A stretch of DNA of 64,000 nucleotides. Origin: a virus. This document shows, in pieces, positions 19,050-28,101 of this stretch. The first letter of the stretch is position 1. Each line of letters starts with the position of its first letter. The DNA is taken from the IMG/VR virus record IMGVR_UViG_3300042558_005646. The stretch is one strand, 5' to 3'. The position numbers were made by a program, and so were the translations under genes. The notes beneath the pieces are model-generated. The model searched no databases, had not been told where the DNA came from, and saw only the letters and a list, made by a program, of their open reading frames with translations.

Positions 19050-20042
19050 TTAAAGACTATGACCCGATATCCCGTAGAATGCAGATCCTGGATACGATTC
19101 TTCAACGCCTTTAGGTTCTTTGTTTGAAGGATCGATAAAATCTAAATAATTTGTATCTTTTTTCTTTGGATTCAATTGCTGTTCAAAAGAAACGAAAGGA
19201 TCAATATCTTTTGTTGCTTCTGATTTAGGGGCAATATCTTTTGGCGCATATATATTTGGTTTTGTATCAGGATCAGGGTAAGACAATAAAGTGTCTTTCA
19301 AGCCATACTCTTGGAATCCATCTTCATTTGGAGTTTTTTCAATCATCAAATGATTTATATAATCATTGAAATCTTCACCGTGAGTTAGGATGGGAGTTTT
19401 TCCAATTGGAACATAACTAAATTGATTTTCATCAAATTCATTTCGTTCTTCAGGATATTCTTTTGTCATCCTGTTTCTTCTTGCAATTTCATAGTCTTCT
19501 GCAATACGATTTATTGACTTATCTGAAATGGCAAAATGTAATCTTTCTGGCTTATCTGGATCTTTGTATTCTTCTCTTGGATATTTGAAATCTTTATTGT
19601 ATTTATGACGATCTTCTAAGGATTGCTCCATAGTCATCATATGCTCTTTTTTTGGCTGATAATGATCTCGTATATATGCTGGACTATTTTTCATTAAGTC
19701 GCTTGCTGCATTTTCTAAAGATTTTTTGTAATTATGTAATTGAGCTCTAAATTTAGCTCTTAATCTTTCCTCAGGAGTAAGTTCGTAAGGAATTAATTCT
19801 TCATAATTTTTATGTTGTGGAGTCAATCTTGACTCTATATTGACATCTCTTGTATCAGGTTCAATATGGGTACGTCTTAACAATTTATCGAAGCTTGAAT
19901 CTTCGTCTACGTATAAATTGATTTCATGTCCACCTCGGTTTCCACCACCACGACCGATAGGACTACCACCAGGCTGAAATGGAGCTCCATTCCCTCCACC
20001 GCCTACACCACCAAATTGAGCTGTTCTGATATTGTTAGACAT
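19050..20042 (-). CDS. Putative internal head protein
   Basis: Starts MSNNIRTAQ followed by a Gly-rich segment; FEQQL and MEQSL motifs. Confidence 0.45.
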   Translation of the reverse strand: MSNNIRTAQFGGVGGGGNGAPFQPGGSPIGRGGGNRGGHEINLYVDEDSSFDKLLRRTHIEPDTRDVNIESRLTPQHKNYEELIPYELTPEERLRAKFRAQLHNYKKSLENAASDLMKNSPAYIRDHYQPKKEHMMTMEQSLEDRHKYNKDFKYPREEYKDPDKPERLHFAISDKSINRIAEDYEIARRNRMTKEYPEERNEFDENQFSYVPIGKTPILTHGEDFNDYINHLMIEKTPNEDGFQEYGLKDTLLSYPDPDTKPNIYAPKDIAPKSEATKDIDPFVSFEQQLNPKKKDTNYLDFIDPSNKEPKGVEESYPGSAFYGISGHSL

Positions 20043-20076
20043 AATGAATTGTTCTTATAAATAAAAATAATTACCT

Positions 20077-22188
20077 TTATCTTCTATTTAAATTGACCAT
20101 TTTTGATCTTGGCAATCTAATCATAATTTTAGATGTTAAGCATTCAAATGCTACAGCAGCGACTGCATCACAAATATCATCTTTATATCCAGAAAGTGCC
20201 TCAATGTAATATCTTTTGCCTTTCCATTTTTTCTGCAAAAATAAAAATTGAATTTTTGCTTCTTGTATTTCATTTAAAGATATAAGCCTATTATCTAAAT
20301 CTCTATATTCTCCACCAGGCAAATCATAAATATCAATTCGGTCATCACGGATTAATTGTGATAATTCAGTGTAAATTTTTTCCTTGTATTCTTTATTAAA
20401 TTGGCGCTCTACAATTGGGACTCTTCTTGATTGCAATTTAATTAATGATGATTGAGAATTCCATTGATCAATAGAAACTTGCTTGAATTTGAATTTATGA
20501 TGTAAATCGATTACATAATCTTCAACTTCGCTTTCTTTTACAGGTTGATTTTTAGTTTTAGGATTCCAAAAATGTACATGATCAATCACAACTCTTTTGA
20601 GTGGTTGAAAATCAGGCCCAATTTGACCATACATATTTTCAGTATGAGCAATTACAAGAGCGTAGTAGTCTGACGTTCTGGCAGGGTCTAAGTGGCAAAA
20701 ATATTCAAAATGTCCCTCTGCCATTTCTTTTCTTTTGACCATAGACATTGAAGCGAACATTCTGTCTATATCTTCAGAATTAAACATAGGGTCAGAGGAT
20801 GAAGCACCAAATTCAGCTCCATACTGCATCTGAAATTCTTGAGGATCTTTCTTCTTTTGCCCATCCAACCATTCTTTGTCAATGTTTGGATTTGTAAGCC
20901 AAGTAGGAAGTCTCATCACAAGAGTTGTTGGATCTTCTTGTCTATTTTCGTGAAGATCATATAACAACCCAAGAGGACCTTTAGGGTTGGAAAGAAGCAT
21001 CATTTTGCCATCTTTACCAAATGTAGCAAGAGATGGCTTTAAGTCATCATAAAGAGCGTAGTCAACACCAGATTCAGGATTATCTCCAGCCATAGCAGCA
21101 ACTTCGTCCATAATAATTGCCCAACAAGTTAAACCAACAAGACCTGAAGCATTACTACTACCACATCGCAATACCAAAGAACCCGCAAAAAGATTGATAT
21201 TTTGCTCTTTTCTTCTTACATTCTCTTCTCTATCATGTTCTGTATAAAATCGCATTTCAAGCTCTGTATCTTTGCCAATATAAGGAGCAAAGAATGGAGA
21301 AGCTAGAACTGTTTGTTTGATTTTTGAGAAGATTGCTTTTTTAGCCTGTTCTTCATTACGAGCAACATTGAGAAGAACAACTTCATCAAATTCCATCAAG
21401 CCATATCTAGCTTGAGGGTGACCCATAGAAATCAATCTATATAATTCATAAAGAGCCATAGCAGACACAAGGAATGACTTACCCGAACGTCTGCCAAGCA
21501 CTAAAACTAATTCTTCAAATTTATATCTTTTTTTGCATTTTTCTTGAACTTGCATCCTTAATTTTGGGTCAAATTCTTCGGAATAAAGTAAGTCGAATTC
21601 ACTTTGAAAAGCATCAATTATTGGTCTTGCTTCTAATACCTCAACTTGTCTTTCAGCATCTGGGTTAGTTGCTTCATCTTTTGCAAATTTATATCTTTCA
21701 TCTCTAACTTCATTTTTAAGACGCTTACATTGAAGACAAGGTGAATTGACGACATTGAAAATTGTTTTGAATTGTCTTTTTTCTGCACGGGCTTTTAAAA
21801 ATTCATTTTCGTTCTTTTGGATATAATCCCAAACACATCCTTTGCAATCTTCTTGATTGTCAGATTCATTTATTACAAGGTTAGTATTGCCTTCTTGCCC
21901 CATATAAAAACATTTAAGTATAAGTTTTTGCCAAGGATAAGGTCTTAGATTACAAAAATATGGATGTTCAATAAATGTAATAATGTCTACAATTTGGTCA
22001 GGGTTAAATCTGTCTTTAGGAGGTTTGACTGGAGGTGCTACTTCTTGTCTTGTAGCAGGAGCAATTTCATCTACAAAATCTTCGGCATATTCCGTGCCTT
22101 TGAATAATTCTGTAACTGAATTTGCTTGCTGTAATAATTGACTTCGTAATTCGTTTGAAGATTTAACGACTGGAGTTGGCTTTCTCAT
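20077..22188 (-). CDS. terL: Terminase large subunit
   Basis: Walker A GRRSGKS, Walker B IIMDEVA, coupling motif LSNP, RNase H-like HLDPARTSD, DQWNS and KDDICDA. Confidence 0.92.
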   Translation of the reverse strand: MRKPTPVVKSSNELRSQLLQQANSVTELFKGTEYAEDFVDEIAPATRQEVAPPVKPPKDRFNPDQIVDIITFIEHPYFCNLRPYPWQKLILKCFYMGQEGNTNLVINESDNQEDCKGCVWDYIQKNENEFLKARAEKRQFKTIFNVVNSPCLQCKRLKNEVRDERYKFAKDEATNPDAERQVEVLEARPIIDAFQSEFDLLYSEEFDPKLRMQVQEKCKKRYKFEELVLVLGRRSGKSFLVSAMALYELYRLISMGHPQARYGLMEFDEVVLLNVARNEEQAKKAIFSKIKQTVLASPFFAPYIGKDTELEMRFYTEHDREENVRRKEQNINLFAGSLVLRCGSSNASGLVGLTCWAIIMDEVAAMAGDNPESGVDYALYDDLKPSLATFGKDGKMMLLSNPKGPLGLLYDLHENRQEDPTTLVMRLPTWLTNPNIDKEWLDGQKKKDPQEFQMQYGAEFGASSSDPMFNSEDIDRMFASMSMVKRKEMAEGHFEYFCHLDPARTSDYYALVIAHTENMYGQIGPDFQPLKRVVIDHVHFWNPKTKNQPVKESEVEDYVIDLHHKFKFKQVSIDQWNSQSSLIKLQSRRVPIVERQFNKEYKEKIYTELSQLIRDDRIDIYDLPGGEYRDLDNRLISLNEIQEAKIQFLFLQKKWKGKRYYIEALSGYKDDICDAVAAVAFECLTSKIMIRLPRSKMVNLNRR

Positions 22189-22868
22189 TAATTATCTTGT
22201 TGGATCTTATTTCTCAAAGCTACAATTTCTTCTCTGATAATTCTTTTATCTGCTTCACTTTCCATTTTTTCGTGAAGATTAGCTAAAATTTCAAATATAT
22301 TGATGTCAAAGATTCCACGATTATCTCTCGAGTCTTTGACATTGAGAATTTTAGAAATTAATTTCTCAACCATAGCTGCTCTTTTAAGTTTCATGTCATT
22401 ATTTTTAGAGCAGTCAATGCCACGAACATCATCAAGTTCTACAAGTAAAGCAGTAAGGGCTAATTGATGTTCACGAAAAATCCATGGAGCGATAAGTTCT
22501 TCTCTTTGTTCGTAGTTCTTAAGACCAGAAGTTGAGATTTTTTTGAAATCACAGTGTTGTTCCATATGAGTATTAATTTGCATCCAGTTCATCTGTGCAT
22601 CAAAATACTGATGGAAAAATCTAATTACCGATTGATTTTTTCTTCCACTGTCTAAATATACGTGTTCTACTAAATCTCTAAATGGTGAAGTACAAATCGC
22701 ACATCTAGGTTCTATGAATTGAGGATAAGATATATCACTCATATTGTCAGGAGGAAGAGGCATTAATGGCTTATCGCCTTCTTTCAAATCCCTGAACATT
22801 CTCGATGGTTTCTTGGGTCCTTCATCAGGAACAATAAGAGCATCTACAGTTTCTTTTTTCGATTCCAT
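22188..22868 (-). CDS. Putative terminase small subunit
   Basis: Directly upstream of and overlapping terL; CAIC plus a helical HTH-like region followed by a helical oligomerisation-like segment. Confidence 0.55.
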   Translation of the reverse strand: MESKKETVDALIVPDEGPKKPSRMFRDLKEGDKPLMPLPPDNMSDISYPQFIEPRCAICTSPFRDLVEHVYLDSGRKNQSVIRFFHQYFDAQMNWMQINTHMEQHCDFKKISTSGLKNYEQREELIAPWIFREHQLALTALLVELDDVRGIDCSKNNDMKLKRAAMVEKLISKILNVKDSRDNRGIFDINIFEILANLHEKMESEADKRIIREEIVALRNKIQQDN

Positions 22869-22887
22869 TTCTTTAGTTATACAAGCA

Positions 22888-22915
22888 AAACAAGCCGCAT
22901 AAATGCGGCTTGTTT
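22888..22915 (-). terminator. Hairpin terminator
   Basis: AAACAAGCCGCAT-nn-ATGCGGCTTGTTT. Confidence 0.8.
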
Positions 22916-22934
22916 CTTTCTGTTAGGATATAAA

Positions 22935-23648
22935 TTAGTCTTTTAAGGCTCTTTTGAGTCTTTGATATGGAGAAACTGTATCTACAGCTTTTACCATAAA
23001 TTCGTCAGCAAGACCAAAATCAACATAATTCCCGCCTATAAATTTATCACTGGATGAAGTTGCATTTGTCAAATCAACTTCAGCAGTTCCCTTCTTCATG
23101 GATACAACATATTTATTTTTAGAAGCTGTTTTAATTTGAGCTTCTTGAGATTGTGCTAAAAGAACATTGTTAAGAAGTGTTTCTTCAATAAAAGGCTTTA
23201 AAGATGCATGAAGATTTCCTCTTCCAGTTCTACTTTCTTTAGCAGCTTCAGTAATTCTTAACCAAAATCCAAGCCCTTTTTCGTCAGTTTTTACAATTGA
23301 ATGAGGACCAGTGCAAAGTCTCTTGACAAATTCCTTCGCAGATAATTTGGTCAAAGATCTTTCAATAATAGGAGCGCAGTCAGAATATCTTGTTGGGACT
23401 ACAGCAACTTCGATAGCAGTATTTTGTGCAACTTCTTCAGCACTATCAAATAATTTAGAAGCTACTCTGTTTGCAATGTCTAAATCAAAATTATCAGCTG
23501 CAAGTAATTCTACAACTTCGGACTTTTCAAAACCTTGATTTTTGTATTTTTGAGCTTGACTATTGGCAACAACGAAAACACCATCATTATGTGACTTTAA
23601 TTCATTGCGCCAGTTGTAAATCATGTCATTTGTGTTATTTTCAGACAC
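22935..23648 (-). CDS. Hypothetical protein (head cluster)
   Basis: 237 aa, GTG start with AGGGAG RBS; RVAS and KTAS sites. Confidence 0.5.
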   Translation of the reverse strand: MSENNTNDMIYNWRNELKSHNDGVFVVANSQAQKYKNQGFEKSEVVELLAADNFDLDIANRVASKLFDSAEEVAQNTAIEVAVVPTRYSDCAPIIERSLTKLSAKEFVKRLCTGPHSIVKTDEKGLGFWLRITEAAKESRTGRGNLHASLKPFIEETLLNNVLLAQSQEAQIKTASKNKYVVSMKKGTAEVDLTNATSSSDKFIGGNYVDFGLADEFMVKAVDTVSPYQRLKRALKD

Positions 23649-23787
23649 TTATCTTATCTCCCTTAGATTTTTTTGATCCCCACCAACAAAAGGACTTAAA
23701 TAAATAAACCTCTAGACGTGCTTGAAAAGTCGTAGAGGTTTTTGTGGAACATATTAGTATAATACGAGAATTTCAAAAATATATTCC

Positions 23788-23815
23788 AAAGGTTAAATTA
23801 GTACATTTGTAAAAT
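23788..23815 (+). promoter_or_regulatory. Putative late promoter AAAGG-N17-TAAAAT
   Basis: Matches the recurrent motif; 9 nt upstream of the ATG of the 903-aa gene. Confidence 0.5.
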
Positions 23816-23824
23816 AAAAAATAT

Positions 23825-26536
23825 ATGTGGTACTCAAAAATTATCGAATCTGCAACAGCCTGGGACGTTTTATCTACTAAAGAAGTTTTGTGGGCTGGCT
23901 CTTTCTCTAGAACTTTCAAAGATTTTTCATTTTACGATCCAAATGAAAACCCTACTATGACTGCTATGCTCAAGTTTATAGGAGATATAGAAAAGGGCAG
24001 AACTGGTGATTCAATTATTGATAAATATCTTGAGAAAGCGAAAAATGACGGCAGTACTTTGTCTGACATTTCAATTTTTTCTTATAATTTATCAAAATTT
24101 ATTGATAATGAAATGAAAAAACAAGGAAGTTCTGCTAATACAGATATGATGAAAGTATTAGACTTTCTTGGCAAACTCAATGAATATATAAAATCAAGAG
24201 GCGGAAATGGCATAGAACTTGGTGATAGAATTCCAGATATTGACAAAGTAAAATCATCTGTCAATAGCACTCTTGGTATGGGATTTACCACATTAAATTT
24301 ACTCTTGAAAAAAGGCACGAGTATGAATGAGGCACTAGCTATGTTTATCATTCGTGGAGATGATGTTAACTTACTAGGATATCCTCTTTCTCAACAAAGA
24401 AACTTGCTTGTTTATCAACTTCTTGAAGCCAGACCAGAATTAGAATATTTTCAAAATCAAGAAAATGTTGTAAATTTAATTAGACGTGGAGAGGGAAAAT
24501 TCTATTTTCCAAACATCAAAGAATACATTTTTTCAGGTATTACCGAAAGCAAAATTTTAGAAATTGTTTTTGAGTTATTATTGAAAGATTTTGATCAAGT
24601 AGATGTTGCAAGTATGCTTCACTATCTTCCAAACAAAACTCAAATTAACGTAGCTGTAAAAATCGATGAATACCCACAGTACGATAGATTTTGCCAAAAT
24701 ATAGCAGAAAAGTTATACTCAAGTATCGGTGAGTATGATTTTGATCAAGATGTTTTATTAATAAGAAAACTTAAATCTTTCAAAAAATTTATGGATCTTA
24801 TTGATAGTAAAGGTGATCAATGCTCTCCTTTATTTATAATCAAGGGAATTGCAAAACCACAAGTTATTATAAATTATTTAGATAAAAATCCAGAAGATTA
24901 TGAAAAATTTGATGTTAATTTATTAGACAGCCTTGGCAGTGAAATTAAAAACCAAATTCAACAAAAAGGCAAAGCTGCAAAAGCCAGAATTCAATCTGAT
25001 GGTTTTGCTCTTTTAGAAAAAGCACAACAAGAAGGAGTTATAAAAATAATTAAAGCTTCTGACACTGCTTTTAATTATGCTTACGGAAAAGGACCAAAAA
25101 GAGACCCAGCACCACAAGGTATGTCTGAAAGCGAACAAAGACAAAAAGAAAAGTCTGATGAAATATTTTCAAAGTTCCAACAGTCATATGAAGATCGTAT
25201 GCAACAAGAAGCTCCATTTGCTGGCGTAAGTACTGAAGATATAAGTAAATATGCTGATCAAATGGTGATTGTAGAATTTAGCACTTATAGCTTAAAGAAT
25301 TTTATGCGAGAAAATAATGTGCCTAAATTAAAAATAGGTCCTGTAGATTTTACTGATGAGAAATGGGGTGGATTATTTGTACCTAAATTTCCAACAAAAG
25401 ATATGGGTCCACGTCCAGCAATTATTATCAAAACAGATATATGGTCTCAATTAGCTTTTCATAGAAAATTAGCTGAAAATATTGGAATGGATGCTAATCA
25501 TTATCTTGAAGCCACTAAAAGACACGAAGTAGCTCACGCATTACAGTATCTTCAATCTGGAGATTTGATGATGGAAGATTCTGTAGCTTTAAATCCAGAA
25601 TTGACTCCTGAAGAAGCTTACATATCTGATCCTTCTGAACTATATGCAAGAATTCACGGAGATATACCTTATCTGGCTAGAATCTTTGATGCTCATATTG
25701 GAAAATTGATGGCAGATCCAAAAATCTATCAAGCTGCCAAAGAACAATGGATTCTAGATATCCAGGATGAAATGATTCACTTGATGTCAGGTGGAACAAA
25801 TGCTAAAAGATTACTTGAAGATATGGAGACTGGTAGATTTGGAACTTACACCTCATCTACAGGACAAACAATTACATTAACTGATCCTCTTGAAGTAATT
25901 AATAAAAAATTACAGCGTCAAAGAAACAGATTGGAAATGATTTTTCACGAGACTTTTCAAATTCAAGGAAGACGTGATTATAGAAGAGGGTTGATTGGTA
26001 AGAAAAATCAATTAGCTCAACAAATTGAATCTACCCCTATTTATTCTTCTGAAAGAACCAAACTCGAAAAAGAATTAAAAGAAGTTGAAACAAATTTAGT
26101 TGAATCAGGGAGAATGCTTATCTTTGATGTGAAAGATGTATCTGAGGCTGTAGTTGAGGGATATTTAGCAGATTACTATAGCAAAATTGCGAAAGCTGTA
26201 GCAGATGGCTTACTTACAACAGATACAATTAATCCTCAAGGCGAAGATCAAAGAGTAGAAAATCAGCAATTACGTGAAGAAGCTAAAAAACAAGAACCAC
26301 CAACAGCACAAGACATTAAACAACACGCAAGATTTCAAATTCAACAAACAGAGCCTATCCCGAGTGGCAGAAAGATTGACGTTATTATTCCAAGATATAA
26401 AGGTACTGGAAGACCACCTGGCAATTTTCCAGGCTTTGATGATGCAGAAAAAGATGATCAACAAGTTGATATTACTATAGAAAGAAAAGAAGACAAAATT
26501 GCTAGCGTTTTCAATTACAGAAAATTAATCAAATAA
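23825..26536 (+). CDS. Large MWY-leader protein with a zincin metallopeptidase motif
   Basis: MWYSKIIESA leader; RHEVAHALQ followed by SDPSELYAR. Confidence 0.55.
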   Translation: MWYSKIIESATAWDVLSTKEVLWAGSFSRTFKDFSFYDPNENPTMTAMLKFIGDIEKGRTGDSIIDKYLEKAKNDGSTLSDISIFSYNLSKFIDNEMKKQGSSANTDMMKVLDFLGKLNEYIKSRGGNGIELGDRIPDIDKVKSSVNSTLGMGFTTLNLLLKKGTSMNEALAMFIIRGDDVNLLGYPLSQQRNLLVYQLLEARPELEYFQNQENVVNLIRRGEGKFYFPNIKEYIFSGITESKILEIVFELLLKDFDQVDVASMLHYLPNKTQINVAVKIDEYPQYDRFCQNIAEKLYSSIGEYDFDQDVLLIRKLKSFKKFMDLIDSKGDQCSPLFIIKGIAKPQVIINYLDKNPEDYEKFDVNLLDSLGSEIKNQIQQKGKAAKARIQSDGFALLEKAQQEGVIKIIKASDTAFNYAYGKGPKRDPAPQGMSESEQRQKEKSDEIFSKFQQSYEDRMQQEAPFAGVSTEDISKYADQMVIVEFSTYSLKNFMRENNVPKLKIGPVDFTDEKWGGLFVPKFPTKDMGPRPAIIIKTDIWSQLAFHRKLAENIGMDANHYLEATKRHEVAHALQYLQSGDLMMEDSVALNPELTPEEAYISDPSELYARIHGDIPYLARIFDAHIGKLMADPKIYQAAKEQWILDIQDEMIHLMSGGTNAKRLLEDMETGRFGTYTSSTGQTITLTDPLEVINKKLQRQRNRLEMIFHETFQIQGRRDYRRGLIGKKNQLAQQIESTPIYSSERTKLEKELKEVETNLVESGRMLIFDVKDVSEAVVEGYLADYYSKIAKAVADGLLTTDTINPQGEDQRVENQQLREEAKKQEPPTAQDIKQHARFQIQQTEPIPSGRKIDVIIPRYKGTGRPPGNFPGFDDAEKDDQQVDITIERKEDKIASVFNYRKLIK

Positions 26537-27091
26537 GAAATCTTCACCAAGAATTAGTTTCATTTGTTCAAGGGCTTTTGATAATCTTTTTGAAAAAGCC
26601 CCTTGAGTAATACCTAGAGTTTCAGCACATTCTTTTTGATCTAATCCATCGAAGAAATAGACTTGGATTACTTCCTTGCTTTTTTCACTCAATTGATCCA
26701 TAGCTTGATGTATACAAATTACATTGTCAATCTTATTAAATGGATCTTCATATTCTTCAGGAAAATAATCATCATCTGAAATTTCTTCTTTTGGGAAATA
26801 TTTATCAGCGGTATATCTGAATAAATTTATGTCTATTCTTGTTGATAAGAAATAAGAAAAATAAGATAACTTTGGATCATATTGGTCGATTAATTTCTTG
26901 AGAACAAATATAGAATCACTTAAAATATCTTCTCTATGCGAAGAAAGCCGAGATTCTTTTTGAACAATTCTTTTAACTGATGAAATAAAGAGAGGTTTAT
27001 AGAATTCATATAATTCAAAAAGTGCTTCTTCATTTCCAGCTTTGTATTTATGTAAAAGCTGGTTGATCTCATCGTAATTATTCTCGGCCAT
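26525..27091 (-). CDS. Sigma-70 family (ECF-size) sigma factor ending in EDFLFD
   Basis: Region 2-like (YKAGNEEALFELY, DQYDPKLSYFSYF) and region 4 HTH (LDQKECAETLGITQGAFSKRL). Confidence 0.85.
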   Translation of the reverse strand: MAENNYDEINQLLHKYKAGNEEALFELYEFYKPLFISSVKRIVQKESRLSSHREDILSDSIFVLKKLIDQYDPKLSYFSYFLSTRIDINLFRYTADKYFPKEEISDDDYFPEEYEDPFNKIDNVICIHQAMDQLSEKSKEVIQVYFFDGLDQKECAETLGITQGAFSKRLSKALEQMKLILGEDFLFD

Positions 27092-27098
27092 ACAGAGA

Positions 27099-28100
27099 TT
27101 ATACAGAGGTGAGTTTTGAAATTAGAATGGGAACTGAATGATTGACTGAACCATTTGAGCGTAAATCAATAATACTATCAACAAGCAAAGTAATCATTTT
27201 CGAGTATTGCGCTGGGCTGTACATATTATCTTTGCTCGATTGGATACGAATTCTTATGGGATTTTGAACTTTCACTGTGAAAGTAGGCTCTTTGTATTCA
27301 TCACTTAAATACTTGCCCAGCAAATCCCGTAATTCAACTTTTTCTTGAACTTCAGTAAAGTGGTGATATTTCTTATTAGTCTCTGATATAACAAGCATAA
27401 AGTTTAATTGACTTAATAAGACAAGTAAGAATCCTTGCTCTCCCATAGAATCAATAAGAAGATCTATTTTTGTCAAGCAATAATCCAAATTCTTATTCAT
27501 CAGTTGTTCGATAAATTCGAATATGTCGCATTCTTCATTGAAAGACGCATTTTGGATGTCACGCAGAAATATTTTGTCTGTGTAAGAAATTATCTTTTCT
27601 AATTCCTTGAAAAGAATATCAATGTCATAGCAGATAATTTCTTTCTTACTGCCTGATTGCTTAGACTTGATACGCAATACAGGGCAGACCTCAACAAGAT
27701 GATTCAAAGTCTCACCATTGATGTTTGCGTTGTTTTTTAACACATAATTATTTATATGACGTTTGAGTGCATTGAAATCTCCGACAAGTGGATAACTACA
27801 ATCAAAAATCAAGTTATTCTTCTTGGCTTTTGCTATAAGAGACAATCTTCCATCAAAACTATCATCTTCATACAAAATGACGTGATTGCTGCCTAATTTC
27901 TCACTCTTTTCTTGAATAAGCTTGATATCTTCATTAGAAATATTTGTATGAATATATACATTTTTATTATCAAAGAATTTAGAATAATTATTAATTATCT
28001 TTTCAACATTGTTATCAATAAGAAGAATAAGACCAGGGAATTCTTCCTTGATCTTATTCAATGCTAGAGTTGTTGATCCGTAATAAATTCTTGGAAACAT
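27099..28100 (-). CDS. holA: DNA polymerase III delta-like clamp loader subunit
   Basis: ELEKIISY and DIFEFIEQL delta-like motifs; adjacent to the clamp gene. Confidence 0.65.
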   Translation of the reverse strand: MFPRIYYGSTTLALNKIKEEFPGLILLIDNNVEKIINNYSKFFDNKNVYIHTNISNEDIKLIQEKSEKLGSNHVILYEDDSFDGRLSLIAKAKKNNLIFDCSYPLVGDFNALKRHINNYVLKNNANINGETLNHLVEVCPVLRIKSKQSGSKKEIICYDIDILFKELEKIISYTDKIFLRDIQNASFNEECDIFEFIEQLMNKNLDYCLTKIDLLIDSMGEQGFLLVLLSQLNFMLVISETNKKYHHFTEVQEKVELRDLLGKYLSDEYKEPTFTVKVQNPIRIRIQSSKDNMYSPAQYSKMITLLVDSIIDLRSNGSVNHSVPILISKLTSV

Positions 28101-28101
28101 A

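Noticed and set aside
23742-23750. DnaA box / origin (TGTGGAACA)
   Set aside because: Single imperfect match with no box cluster or repeated unwinding element
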